From assembly GCF_036971445.1 (NCBI RefSeq), contig NC_091480.1, forward strand, positions 31,744,001 through 31,808,000: a stretch of 64,000 nucleotides of DNA, read 5' to 3'. The notes beneath the pieces are model-generated. The model was not told the DNA's origin, searched no databases, and was given only the letters and a program-made list of their open reading frames with translations. This document shows positions 11,770-25,898 of this stretch, piece by piece; position 1 is the stretch's first letter; each line of letters starts with the position of its first letter. Origin of the DNA: Narcine bancroftii. Lineage: Eukaryota. A program made the translations under genes and the position numbers.

Positions 11770-14430
11770 ATCAAAACCTCCTTACCCGCAACCCTCTCTC
11801 TCTTACTTTCATCCGTGTTCGTGTCTAATCTTGTCAATGTCCCTATTATACCAAGCCTCCTCTTCTCTCCCCACCCCAGCAATACATTCCAAGGACCCAC
11901 TTCCTTCTGCTAAAAATACTCCTGGTATCTGGACTCCCCTGAACCGTTCACCTTAAACAGATGCCCTCTGGTATTTCTAAAAAAAAGGCGGAGAAACTCA
12001 GCAGGTCTTTATGTAGCAAAAAATAACGTTGGTTACCTTTGCTGTTAAATGGACACTGACCCGCTGAGTTTCTCCAGCACTATTTTTACTTCAGCCACAT
12101 GTCTGAAGACTTGTCTTCTGGTACTTCCTAATGTCACCCAGGGAGAAAAGGTGCTAGCTGTCCAACCTACACCTCCCATAATCTTGTAGACTTCCATTAA
12201 GTCACCTCCCATCCTTCCCTCCAAAGAGAAAAGCCCTAGCTTGGTTAACCTTGCCTCATAAGGCATGTTTTCCAATTTACAATCATCCTTGTAAATCTCT
12301 ACACCTACAAAACGTCCACATCCTGCCTTTAATGAGGCAACCAGAACTGAACACAATATTCCAATGGTGGCCTAACTAGTTTTAGAGAGCTGCAACATTA
12401 CCCCCTGACTCTTGAACTCAGTCCCCTGCTATTAGCCTTTTTTAACTACCATGGCACACGAGACATCTATGGATTTGAACCCCAAGGTTTCTCAGTTCTT
12501 CCACGCTGGTAAGAATCCTGTTATTAACCATGTACTCTGGCTTCAAGTTCGACCTTGCAAAATGCATCACTTCACACTTACCCAGTATGAACTCCATCTG
12601 CCACTTCACCAACCTGTCTATATCATGTTGTAACCTACAACAACCTTCTATACTATCCACACCACCACAATCTTTGTGTGATCTGCAAACTTACCATTCT
12701 ACTTCTTTGTCCATGCCATTTATAAAAATCAAGAGGGGTTCCAGAACAAATCCTGGTAGAACTCTACACATCACTGCCCTCTAGCAGAATAAGTTCCGTC
12801 TACAGACAGGCCACATCTGAATCCGCACAGCCAAGATTCTATGGATCCCATGCCTCACAACTTTCTGAATGAGTCTACCATGGTGGGCCTTGTCAAATGC
12901 CATTCAGCCTATCTACAGCCCTCATTAAATCAATTTCTTTTGTCACTTCTTCAAAAACCTGACTTTGGCTCATGAGGCATGTCCTTTCCTCACAAAAGCT
13001 TGGCGGACTATCCTGGAAAAGACTACTTCTCTAAATATTCATAAACCCTGTGTCTAAGAATCCCACCACTGGCACAAAACTAATTCCCAGGATTCTCCCT
13101 ATTACTATTTTTAAACAAAGGGACTATATTTGCCATTCTCCAATCCTCCAGTACCTTCTCTGTGGCCATGTTGGATGCAAAGATTATTGCCAACACCCCA
13201 CCAATCTCTCCCCTCGTTTCTTGTAGTAAGATGGGATACAACTCATCTAGTGCTGGGAACTTATCAATCTAAATGTTTTTAAGAAGATACAGCGCTTTCT
13301 CTTTCTTAACCTCAACGTTCTCCAGTACACACATCTGTTCTGCAGACATCACATTTACCAAGGCCTTTCTGATGAACACAACGGCAGCTTCACTTCCTCA
13401 CGGAAGTTAGGACCTCCTCTACCTCCAGGGAGGTTTCCTCTCTTATCCTTAAGTGACCCTACCTTAACTTGAGTCAACCTTCTGCTATTCACATTTGCAT
13501 GGGTAGCCTTAGGGTATTCCCTAATCCTACTTGCCAAGACCTCCTTGTGTCACTGTCTGCTTCTTCCAAATCCTTTCTGGTTACTATATAATTCTCATGA
13601 GCCTTCCTGCCCTTTGTTTCCCTGAATCTTGTGTATGCTTCCCTTAGTTGTCTCACCTCTTTTGTCAACCATTTATATTTTCAGTCTTAGTGGAACAACC
13701 CTATCCAGGACCCCATGCAAGGGTTCCAAAAACATCCTCCACATTACTTCTGTGCTTTTCCCCAAGAACATGTGTTCCCAATTTACTGACCCAAATTCCT
13801 GCCTAATCCCATCATAATTAGCCATTCCCCAATTAAACACTTTTCCGTTTGTCTCCCATCTTGCCCATGGTTATGCTAAAGGTCAGAGTTGTGTTCCCTG
13901 ATACCAAAATGCTCCCCCACCAAGAGATCTATCACCTGGCCAGCCTCATCACCTTTTACTAGATCCAGTATGGCTTCTCCTCTGGTTGGCTTGTGTCAGG
14001 AATCCTTGGACACACTTGAGAAATTCTTCCCCAATCTATCCCTCTTGCAGTAAGGAGGTGCAAGTCAAGTTGAAGTCTCCCATAACAACAACTGTTATTT
14101 TTGCACCATTCCAAAATCTGCCTACTTATCTACTCCTCCGTGTCCTGAGGGCTATTTGAGGGCTTCTAGGCTACTCCCAACAAAGTGATCGCTCCCTTCC
14201 CGATTCTGAATTCCACCCAGTAGACAATCCCTCTGCAATGTTCTCCCTTTACATCCAAACCCCAGTACCTACATCAGCCAATCCTGTCCTTGTGTCAGCC
14301 AGGTCTACTTTATTCCCATTCTTCTTGCATTACAGTAAACACATCTCAATCCTTCCATCTGCCTAACATTATTCTCCCTCCATTGCCTGACCTTCCTCAC
14401 AATCTCACGACACATTGCATCAACATTTAC
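11770..14430 (-). mobile_element. Long degraded CR1 LINE (endonuclease to RT tail), with small insertions
   Basis: Minus-strand remnants YEARLTKLGLFSLEGRMGGDLMEVYKIM, KCEVMHF, RRLTQVKVGSLKDKRGNL. Confidence 0.85.
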
Positions 14431-15679
14431 ATCAAAGTTCTGCTGTGATCGCTTAATTAATTGACCTTCCCTGCACTGTAGTTAACAGGACTTACAACTA
14501 CTTTTATTTGTTTCCCACACTTACTCTCACCTCATTCCTGTCCTTATGAAAGGACGTTTAATGAATAGGCTTAACAAAGGGTTAATGAGTTTGGTGAGAA
14601 CATAGTTGCCTTGTTACATAGATGGGAATGTAACTTTTCTAACAGTGAGATAATAACTACCACAAAGAATGTCCTATTAGAAACACCACTTTGGTGGCCA
14701 ACTGCTGACATTCCTCTCTCAGCCTACCCATCTCGCAATTATAGAATGGGATGCCTATACCAAGGCCTTGTATCCCTTGGGAATGCTTACACAGATGCAA
14801 CTGCAAAAGCTGCTGCTATAAACAGTCCCCTCACTATTTATTCAGAAAGCGATAAATTGCTTGTGAATAAAACGGTCTTGCTTGATATGGAGGATGTAGC
14901 AAAACTTTGGGGGGGGGGGGGGTCCCTGCTCACTTGATTAAGATCTTAAAACAGCAGAGGGGTGCCACAGATCCAGAAACCTGTGCTGGACTCATTTTTG
15001 TACCTGATGCATTTTTACCTGTACTTTACATGCAATGACACATTTGGGTAAGGTGGGAATGACACAAAAGTGATACATCTTAATTTGAAAAAATAGGCAC
15101 AGGAATATATTATCTGTCAGTAAAATAATCCTATTAAAGCCCTCCAGGTAGGACACGAATGCCTATGGGGTTGTCTGAGTGTATACTGATTGATTTTAGA
15201 GAATTGCCTCGGAGGATACAGGTACAGTCTTATTATTAATATACCTCAAATAGCTGGGAATAAGAATGGTTCTGGAACTGGGAGCAGGAGTTTGGCATGG
15301 AAATAATTGATAAAAAGTAAAATTATAATTTATTGTACTTAATTTTGGAACTCACTTCCTTTTAGCGTAATGGGATTTCCTACACTCAGAGAAATGCAGC
15401 AAGCCAAGGTGGCAGATTATCTCCTCTGGTGGTGTCGAAATCCCCAAAATGAATAATAAAAAATGTGATCAGTGGTATTTCTCAACGTTGCACAAGTTTG
15501 AAATAAATCTGCAACACTGGATCAGATCTTTTCTGTAATGTTACCTACGACAAACACAGATACAAAGCAAGCAAGTTCTTCTTGAATGACAGTTGAAAAT
15601 AAAGTATATATTTTCTTCATTCCCGTCAGAAACCAAATGCTCTCCCAGTGACCTTGTTTGCTTTGCTGAATTTGAGGAG

Positions 15680-16042
15680 TGTAAGGTAAAACATCATGAG
15701 ATGGGAATGTGTAAGGAGTTACCCTATACAGGGCTGTAACAAGATGTGAATGCATCCTTGTACTTACAAGATAAGAGAGACATTGATGGATTGAGAGGCA
15801 GGAAGCTAGCAGGGAAAGGATAGCAACAGTTTTAGTCATTGGACAAGTAATGATATGATGATGTTCTAAGCATGTATCCAAGGGTATAAAAAATCACCAT
15901 TTTGCTGATAACGGCAGAATGCATTCTCCGACTAACATGGTTAGTCGCAAGTGTTACAATCCGGTAATAAAGAACAAAGAACCCTGATTTCGACTCAGTC
16001 TGGTGTTTGTCTCACTCATTCATGAACAAAGCAGACCTAACA
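15680..16042 (+). mobile_element. Solo LTR (363 bp)
   Basis: TGTAAGG...CCTAACA termini; exact 4-bp TSD GGAG (15676-15679, 16043-16046); TATAAAA ~15885; AATAAA ~15966. Confidence 0.9.
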
Positions 16043-16689
16043 GGAGGCGTTTTCTTACATGACCCCAGAACAACAAAATCATTGAGAATGTTAGGGTGAG
16101 CTGGAGTTGAATATAGTTCTGGATGTACACCCTGGGCAGCATATAAAAACGCAGAAGTGTGTCTTGATCTACATGCCCTTTGTGAAAGAATGATTATGTG
16201 CAAAAATTAATTGAAATTCTTGAGACCTTACATTCACAAGGAGGTCAAGACAGAGACCAAAAATCGAGCCAGGGGATTATGCTCTGATAAAGAATTGGGA
16301 GTGGAAAAAGTTGGCACCAAGACTGAAGGACAAGCAAGGGCCCTGACTAGGCTCCCGAGTGGCGAAAATGGACAATTATTGCATTTATGGGCATTTTGGA
16401 TGTTGCTTTGGGCATCCTAGCAATGAATGATTTGATAAAGGAGAATCCAAATTAGATGTTTAAACAGGAATGATAGATTTGAATAGTTTTATTTGTTTCC
16501 TTCTATTAACATCAGCAGCAAGAGATTGACAATTTTTTTTTAAAATGGGACAATACTAGTTTGTTAGAAGGATTGTTTTCTTTCTACAGCATGCTTGAAA
16601 TTCAGGCTAAATGTTTTGCTGGGCTCTGCCAATTACAGGCCATCTAATCAGTTACGAACAGGGAGCTGAAAAATGAACCATATTCTAAC

Positions 16690-17390
16690 TGTGACATCAG
16701 ACAGCAGCAGCAATAGAAATTCACCAAGGTCCGCTGTTGTTGTTTTCTTTTAAAAGTATATATTATTAATAACTATAGCACATTAGTTCAATCAGGCCCA
16801 ATGATAGGGTGTGGGAGTGTGCGTGTCTGTGCGTGAGATACCCAAACCATTGCTGCTTAGGCACAATTCTGCAAAGTCATTCCAAGTTCAATCTTGCAAA
16901 TCCTATGTCAAAAGTAGACTCTTAAACTTATGTCATGAAGGAGGTGGGAGGGACCGAGGGTCCGGTTTGCTGAAAACTCACGAATCCTTGTCCAGTTTCT
17001 TGCTGAGAAATATCCTTTACATTGTCACAACTCCCCTTTTCCTTGTGTAGGGAAAATAAAACGTGTGACTTCCACAACCCAGGAATGGATCAGTTTCAAT
17101 AATTCCCGACAGGGAGAATCAGCCGAATTGTCATTTCACACAGAGTCACTCCACCTCAGTGTTCCATCAGATGGCTGGTGGTCAATCATAAATGCTGTTT
17201 CCTTCAGTATCCCACTCTCTGGAGCCTCTCACCACCTGTGTTCCTGGATAAAGCAACAAATGTTCTTTCTCTTCCTCCATAATATGAACTTTGGGTACAG
17301 TCTGTTCTAGATGTTGCCACCCAGTGTCTCCACTGCTGGTACTAGACCTGAAAGTGATACTCCCACTAAATGAAATGGGACCTTGTCATA
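16690..17390 (-). mobile_element. Solo LTR-like element nested in the ERV
   Basis: TGTGAC...GTCATA termini; near-TSD TAAC/TAAA; shares CAGCAGCAATAGAAATTCACCAAG with the element at 61565. Confidence 0.6.
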
Positions 17391-19464
17391 TAAAATCGAA
17401 ATAAGTTATCATGGAATAAGAAAAATAAGTTTAATGAATATGGTTAAAGTGTTAATGAGTTGGGTGAGAATATCACATGGATGGGAATGTGACTGCCTTC
17501 TAACATGACCCTCCCTGTGCTATAGTGAGATAGTGACCAACACCACAAAGAATGCAAGACCAAATAGATAAAGAAGTAAGATCATGCTGTTTTTTCCCAG
17601 CTTGTCTGCAGACACTACAGGGGAGCATGTGTTGTAAAAACAAGAATAGCCCCCAGTGTAAAATTCGTAGGGTCTAACAGACCCTTGCCTAAAGGTGTAT
17701 AAAAATGGGATGCTTTGAGTGGGGATCAGTGAAGAGAACGAGTTACTGAACTCTTTCTTTGTACCCCTCACTCCCACCAACATTATCAAGGCTGAATAAA
17801 GAAACTGTTATATACTTAATTGGTTCCGCGGTTCATTTTATTACAGCGCAGGCCGACTTTCACATCCTCATCTATTGCACTAACCTCCATCAGCCATGGA
17901 TCATCTTTAAGTTCTACCACATTCAATGTGATGCTATAACTGGATGCAGATTCCTATCTCCTGTGTATTTCCAAAGGGACACAAAAGGTAATAAAAGCAG
18001 GATTGAATGATGGCTGCCCCATCATTCAGTATTATCTTTGTGTTCTATTCCAGGCCTCAATTCCTTCTCTGTATCATAGCCTTCATACTATTCAAAAATC
18101 TATCTGCCTCCATTGTTCATACTCTTCATGGGCTCTAGCCAAAATACACTGTAGCAGGGCATTCCAGAGCTTCACCACTATTCTACATATATAGTTTCTC
18201 CAGCACTTTAAAAAAAAAATTTCTTGAAACTCTGTCCCTTCCTGCCATTATTTATCGTATATTCCTCTAATTTAAATGTCCCCATTGTATTATTCCTCAT
18301 TCTTCTGAAATCCAAAGGATATAGACTCAATTTGTTTGCCTCTCTTAATAAGACAATTCACTTATCCCAAAAATAAAAGCCAGGTGAATATCCCTTGGAC
18401 TGCCCTCCAATGCCACTTTTTTGTTTTGTTCCTTGTAAAAATGTACAGTATTCAAATTATGTCCTCACCTACACAAAACTTTTCTAAACTTCACTCTGCA
18501 ATAAAAGCCATTATGCTACTTGCCCTTTTAAACTACTTGCTGTATTCGGCTTCTAATTTCACTTTTGAATCTACTAATTTCCATTCCTGCAGCAACGGCT
18601 GATGTTGTTCTTTTCCTTCCGTTCTCCAAGGACCCAACCATTTCCAGCTGAAGCAACGATACGCCCGTATTCCTTCTAATGAAAGCATTGGAAGGAAGCC
18701 AAACATCGACTGGCTGACAACTTTACAGAAGCAGTCCAACTTTCCGGATACCTTCTCTTTTGTCTGCTTGAAGGCTCCCTGATCACTTTGGATGTTTGGA
18801 TCTGGGCTCAAGTTGCCTGATGAATCAAACAAGAGTCTGTGAGGCTGCAGGAACGCTGGAGGCAAATCCACAGACACTCAGTGTCTCTGAAAGAACTCCC
18901 TCTTGCTCAGTATTTTCATTTTATTCCAGATTCTATGGTCCGGCGTTCCATCAAATTTTTCTCCCCGTTCTCTTCGATTTTCCTTTATTTCTTCATATAA
19001 ACCAGTTATGATTGACAGCATCCCCTCAGCAGCATCTAAGTCAATCTTTCTGGGCCTTCACCTCACTTGCTTTGATCTCTCGACACTTCCCCCCCTCACA
19101 TGCATCTTAAAACGTAATTTTACTTTTAACCTTTTTGTACTTCTGACAAAACAAATACTGACCTGAAACATTGACTCTTTCCACAGATAGTGCCTTACCT
19201 ACTGTGTATTTCAGAACATTGCCAAGTGCTTCAGGGTTGAAGTGTTTATTGGTGTAGACAAGAGCAAACCCCACTGTCAAGTCAAGGTTCCAGATGAGCA
19301 AAAGGGCATTTCAGCAGACAGTACTTGAATTACTCTATTAATTCTAAATCAATTCTAAAATCGTTGTCATTCAATTGTTTCATTACAATCAACTTGCCCT
19401 TCAGTTGTTTTTGTCTGCAATTGTTTCTGCTTTGCAGTTACTTGTATAAATACGCATTATTAGA

Positions 19465-20365
19465 ACCATAGAACACTTCAGAACAGAAAACAGGCCATTC
19501 AGCCCTATTATGATGCAAATAAAAATGTTTTCACAGAAAATAGGTGCAGGAGTAGACCATTTGGCCCTTCAAGCTTACACCGCCATGCATTTTGATCATG
19601 GCTGAGCATCTACTCAGTACCTGCCTTCTCCCCATACCCCCCTTAGCCGCAAGGGCCAAATCTAACTCCCTCTTAAATATAGATAAAGAACTGGCTTCAA
19701 CCATTTCCTGTGGCAAAGAATTCCACAGATTCACCACCCTCGGAGAGAAAAAAAAAATCTCATCTCAGTCCTAAACTGCGACCCCCTAGTTCTGGTTTTC
19801 CCCAACATAAGGAACAACCTTCCTGCATCTTGCCTGTCTAATCCCTTAAGAATTTTATATGTTTCTATAAGATTCCCCCCCCCCCCCACCTCAATCTTCT
19901 AAATTCCAGTGAGTATAAGCCTTGCTGATCCAGCCTTCCTTCATATGCAAGTCCTACCATCCCTGGTATCAATCTAGTAAACCTTCTTTGCACTCTCTCT
20001 ATGGCAAGGATGTCTTTCCTCAGATAAGGAGACCAACACTGAACACAATACTCTAGGTGTGGGCTGACCAGGCCCTGTACAACTGCAGTAGAACCTCTCT
20101 GCTCCTGTACTCAAATCCTCTTGTTATGAATGCCAACATACTATTCACTTTCCTCACTGCCTGCTATATCTGCAGGCCCACTTTCAATGACTGGTGCACA
20201 GCGACACCCAGGTCTCATTGCGTCTCTCCTTTTCCTAATCGGACACCATCTTCTCTCCTGTTCTTGTGGATCACCTCACATTTCTTCACATTATATTGCG
20301 TCTGCCATGCCTTGGCCCACTCACCTCACTTGCCCAAGTCACCCTGCATCCTCTACACAGCTAAC
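19465..20365 (-). mobile_element. CR1 LINE 3' fragment
   Basis: VNLWNSLPQEMVEASSLSIFKRELD motif; CR1 tail. Confidence 0.85.
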
Positions 20366-22494
20366 TCTGCCGTCTCCACTGAAAATGACAATTTTAAAAT
20401 GGGTGCAGGAATTGAAGTGCATTCAGATCTTTTTATAGGTTGGAGGCAGATTAAGAACAAACTTTAAAAATAATTTCATTAGTGCTTTGGCTTTCAAAGG
20501 TCACTGAACAAAAAGATGGTGTGAAGAATATCCAAATCATTCATTTGGCCACATCTATAGTAATAATTTCAGTTTAATAGAATATTTGGACAGGTACTTC
20601 AAGAGGACAGCAGTGGAGGGATACGAGCCTTGGTGTAGGTAAGCATCATGTTGGTGACCATGAATCCTATCTACGCCAAGCCCATTTGACTGCATCTATG
20701 AAAGAAATGGTTCCCATATAGTGATCCATGATAATTTCCCATAGGTGCAGGACAATTTCACTCATACACCCACAGTTCAACCAAGATTATTCGTCCATTG
20801 TAAAGGCTTCCACTTCAGGTGCAGCTGGTGTGGAACAATAAAGGATATTATGCAGTGATCACAAGATTTGCACTGAACTGCCAAATTGCTTTAGTCCCGT
20901 GGCAGCCCCAAAAACATATGGAAGCATATGTGAAGGATTAATATTGGAAGGCAAGAGATATCAACAATAATTGAGATGTCCAAAGGCACTTCAGTGAATA
21001 GCATTTCACCAGGAAACAAAGTGCACAGACTGCTGCTCTGGCAGCTGAGATGCTCTTTGAGAGAACTGGCAACTTTCGAAGCCGGTGAGCACCTATCAAT
21101 GATGGTTCCACCTGCTTATTGAAAAGTGAAATATACATTTTAAAAATCCACTTAATTGAATTGTTGGGATTCACCAAATCACCACGACATGAAAGAAAAC
21201 ATTAATTTATGGTTACAAGATAAATTAGCAGCAGGATAAAACAAGAATTTATTACTAACCACATTTCTCTTACTTACAGCTCTTTACAAGTTATTTCATC
21301 TTTGATACAGTACAAAACATTTGTGCAAAGTAACACTCAATCTGCCATTACAGCAAAATGTAAAAGGTACTCAAACCATATGTAGTTCATTCAACGTGCA
21401 TTAATAGTACACATGGTTAAGTACATTTTCATTTACAATCAGGTGAGCGCAATGGAGTGCATACAAAGAAAACCACACAGCATGAACTATTATTGTCAAA
21501 CTCCCAAGATAACCTACTCAGCGCACAAAGACACCAATGAAGAAATACAGTTTTGAAATGTAAGTATTTTAGTAATGTCACATTTTGTTTTCTTCTAAAA
21601 TTCAATTTTCCAATTTGTGTGCAAATCCTTTTTACCTGCATTTGGATTTAATTGACAATAGTTTATCAGTCTTTGGCATATTTTATAAAAAGTAAATAGA
21701 AAGGTTTGAAGCCCCAAAAGTTTGGCCTTTGTGTAATCAATTTCTGTCTTCTTCTACTAATAAAAAGCTTTAGTCAATAGTTAATACAAAATAGATGGCG
21801 AGAAAGTGTGTGTGTGTGCATGTATATGCATGTACATACATACATATAATCCACAGTGACTCTGGGAGGGACTCTCTTTCACTTTTTTTCTGACTGTTAG
21901 GGGTGTCAGGCAGATAGAGATAGATGTGTGTTTTTAATATATTACACACACACACACCATATTTTCACTTATAACGTGCAGAATATCAAAATGAGTAAAC
22001 ATATTTTTGTATAGCACTCATGCATATACTGTGCAGGTGTAGTATTCTACATTCCAACTCACAAGAGCAATTTGGATTTCTTGGGACATGAGACAAAAAC
22101 AATCCATAGTCCCACTATCTGCCACAGGTAATCTCCCACGATTTACACCCAATCAATTTTGCCCAAAGGTGTCCATCATCCATTATATAGATAATATCCT
22201 CCAGCAGCATATTAACAAGCTTTGGAGAGAAATCAATTAAATAGATCAAAGACAGGCTTCAGAGTTAAGCAGGATTTTAATTCTGTCATAATTTAAAAAG
22301 CCTTTCTTTAAAAAGAAACCTTATCTTGTTAAAACTAGTGTGCAATTGAGAAATTTATGGTTTGATTTGATGTAATGAGGATGATTAAACTGATGCCATG
22401 GGGCAGAATCATCCTAATGTTGTTTCAGATCAGAGGCACTTGATATGTATGTTAATCTCTGCCCTCAGGGGATGGGTCTGGGCAATTATCATTA

Positions 22495-23238
22495 GGCCCT
22501 TTCAGGCGGACCCTTCACCTTGAGGGCGGCAGCAGAAGCGGATTTTAACTTCCGGGCTCACCTTTCATAAGGCAGCCCTAAAAGGCTACTGCAGCATTGC
22601 CTGGTCCACCTGAAAGGGCCTATTTATATCCAGAGGTGCCTCTAGTGCCTCTGGATCTGATGGAGGCGGGGTGACTGGTGCCTCAGCGCCATCTGTCAAA
22701 GGAATGCGGCATAGCAATGGCCATCTTTCCTATCCATAATCCCCCACGCAGGTGGAATCCCTCTGTGTTTCCCACAACAGTTCCAGCTGCATGGGGGATT
22801 ATGGGTATGGAAGACCGCCATTGCTATTCCGTGTTTTGAGCAACAGAGAGCGGCCAGCCGGGCTGTGACAGCCTGCACCAGCCGTCCCTGCCCTGAGATA
22901 CCCCAATGGTTGCCCCAGCCCCAATATCTCCAGCCGGGCGCCCCTGCCATGCCCTCCCAATGACCTCCAACGACTTCCCCTCCCCAATGGGGCAGGGGGG
23001 CGTCGGGCAGCAGGGAGTTGGGTCGCCGTTCGATGGAGTCATCAGCCCACTCCCCAGGTAGCCGCTTACAGCGCATTCAGGTGCGTCGGCAGAGTGCAGC
23101 GCTCCACCAATTATCCCTCCCGAAGGAGGGTTGGCATCTCAGAAGAACTTCTTCCACCTTCAGGTGAGTATGTCTTTAGCCACAAGAGGGGAAATTTTTC
23201 AGCTTTACACTGGGGTGTTCAGGCCACCTGAAAGGGCT
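22495..23238. mobile_element. PIF/Harbinger-like non-autonomous element (GC-rich)
   Basis: GGCCCTTTCAGGCGG at 22495; inverted copies CCACCTGAAAGGGC at ~22606-22619 and ~23224-23237; TTA/TA flanks. Confidence 0.65.
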
Positions 23239-25544
23239 TATTGATATGGTGCAGTGCCCAAGCCAGAATATCCTGTTTCTCAGAATACTATGGCACTCAA
23301 CCCAATTTTCCAAAGATCAAAATTTTGAATTTTTCCATGTTGTATGTATCCATTCCCATGCCTGCAATAAACTGTGCTCGTTCTTTCATTGCCATTATTA
23401 CATTCCCACGCTTGCTATCAATTGTCGTGGTGTCTTTACCATGTCTGTGTTATGTGTAAAAAAAACTGTACACATATACTTTGTATATACATACACATAA
23501 ATGTATACATACATATACAGTATATACACATTCTCATTTTGTCTATATCATAAATATTTTCATACTGAATTTACTTTCTTCATGCAGACAGCAATAATTA
23601 ATTTCTGTGGCCACAAACTATCTTTTTGTCCTCACCAGTATTCCAGTTTTTATTATTGCAACAACTTTCATGACTTCAGGAAATTATAAAGTACTTGTAA
23701 CCTAGGAAGTATAGGAACTTCAGAAGCCTGGTTACATGCAGAAAATAAGGTAGACAATTTACCCACAGCAAGCTCCCAGAATCAATAATGAAATAAATAA
23801 CCTAAAAATATCCAAATGATCTGTTATATTCATTGAAGAATAAATAGTGGTTAGTACTCCAACCCCATAAAATATTTTAATTCGTCAAAGGCGGCAGGTT
23901 CATGGTCTTCTCCAAAAAAGTAGCAAATGAGTCAAAGTTGATCTGATGCGCCAACATGAATTATAAGATCATGGCTCTTGAATAAACTTTAAGCTTTAAT
24001 TTTATGACTCATGGACAAACGTTTTACAGCTGACCAGATTAAAGACTTATTGTGCATTAGTTCTGCAATTTCAGCCATTATTTGTTGTAAATTGTACATT
24101 TATAATAGAATTTATTGCAAACTATTATTTAATCTTTCTCCATTAAAATATTCATTTAAAATCAGCTCAATACTGGCATTAAATAATTTAAGGTCCTTTG
24201 GGATATCTTCAGCAAAAGCGGCAGAAACATTTCATTGTTAAAGATGGCACACATTCATAATCTAATCACAAATTAGGGCTTCTTGATATCTCAATCATTC
24301 CTTTCACCTATATATTAATTTACCTGTAGTAAATTCAACAACTCTTTTCAAAGATGCACCAGGCTTCACTGTTCAGCCAAATTTCTTCATTAATAAAACC
24401 TAAAAGGAAAATTTGCTGTTTAACTGTCATTTTAAAATATGCAACTTCATTGTGATTAGCACAATTTTAATCAATACACCACGTGCGATATTTAACACAA
24501 ATCAAAGAGCAGTTTTTATCACTATCTCCCAATAACAATCTGAATTTTTTTTTCCAATCAGGCCCTGCCATAGCCCTTATAACTCTGAAGCACAAATAAT
24601 AAATCAAACATTTTTAAAATCATGCAATTTGCTAAAAAAACTAAATAAGAGAGAAATCTCTGAATGTTAAAACATTTTAAAAAAAACAAGGAAGTCCTAG
24701 AAATTGTTTCAGCATGCATTTGAGTTTGGGATGATCAGATTTAATAATTTAAAAATTAAGCTTGAATGCCTCCTCCAGTAGCCAATGCAAAATTTGATTG
24801 AGTACAAGATACATTTTCACATTTTACATAATGATTATTTTCTTATAATTTTTTTTTATTTTTAGTCTAAAATTGGAAGTGCAACAAAACGTGGAAGTAG
24901 TAAAATGAATTATTCCATGTTCATTTGATCTTACATTTCCCTGACATCATTCAAATATAGAGAAAAAAGTACCTTTCCCATTATACTTTAATGCTCATTC
25001 ATCCCCAAACTACTACATTTGCAACAGAATTTGATTTTAAATTGAACCCAAAGGACAGCATGTTTTTGCCACAATATTTATAAAGTCGTTCCAGTGTCCA
25101 GACTAGATGTTCGCTTAAAGTCCTCTCATTTCAAAAGTTAAAGGAGCAATTTAGAATCCCTTTACAAAAAATCTTTGATTAAAGTGTTGGCTATCTGGAT
25201 TCTGTGCACTTAATTCCATAGGGACTTCCCATTAGTAAATAAGATATCAGTTTTGAATGAGTGTATTTTAACATGGAACAGACCCCCAAAAACAGACCCT
25301 TCAGTAGATTTCGATATTGAGCAAGTGCACTGGGTTTTTTCACTAATGTATGCTTGCTAATACACTTGACATTAAGTTTAAAATTATTATTAAAATTGCA
25401 AATATATCATGGGCAGATACTAACATGAATGACCAAAACCTGCTTTGCAATCAGGGAAAAGATTGACTTAACTATCTTTAATAAGTAGAATTAAACGTCT
25501 AAAAGAAACTGGTAATCAAATTGAAGCTTAATTAAAAAAAAAAC

Positions 25545-25898
25545 AAAAGTTGTAGTTGCTGGGATCTTGAGCAAACAAAGAATTGCTGGGGGAACTCAGC
25601 AGGTCAGGCAGCTGTCACAAGTACAAGTGGTCAGTCAACATTTTGGGTGTGAACCCTTTATCATGATTAATATAGATAGGTGAAAAAATAAATAAAAAGG
25701 GGGAAAGAAGCTGGAGGAAGGACTAAGAGGTCATTTTTGATATTAGTCTTGATAAATAATTAGATTTCCCCTGGGTCCCTCCTGTTCCCACTTTTTTGTT
25801 TGTATTTTCACTTAATCTTGATAAAGGGTTCACACCCAAATACTGTCCGTTATCATGCATGCGGTCTGACCCGGAGATCCTCCAGCAATTCTTTGCTG
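25545..25898. mobile_element. Inverted-repeat element derived from Penelope-like termini
   Basis: Arms AAAGAATTGCTGG..TTTGGGTGTGAACCCTTTATC and GATAAAGGGTTCACACCCAAA..CCAGCAATTCTTT; similar short palindromes at ~11980-12095 and ~37790-37880. Confidence 0.6.

Larger units (their letters stand above)
14545..17845 (+). mobile_element. Old internally deleted endogenous retrovirus (ERV1/epsilon-like): two diverged LTR segments and a pol remnant
   Basis: Related blocks 14555-14670 and 17429-17555 (GTTTAATGAATA..GTTAATGAGTT.GGTGAGAA..GATGGGAATG..ACCACAAAGAATG); RNase H tail GNAYTDATAKAAA; integrase-like PPGR..IDF.ELP..GYRY at ~15140-15230; TATAAAA and AATAAA in the 3' block, which ends TTACA. Confidence 0.65.

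Noticed and set aside
18580-19240. Short ORFs as a novel gene between COX6B and FAM234A
   Set aside because: Resembles a decayed Penelope-like remnant; no splice-consistent coding model
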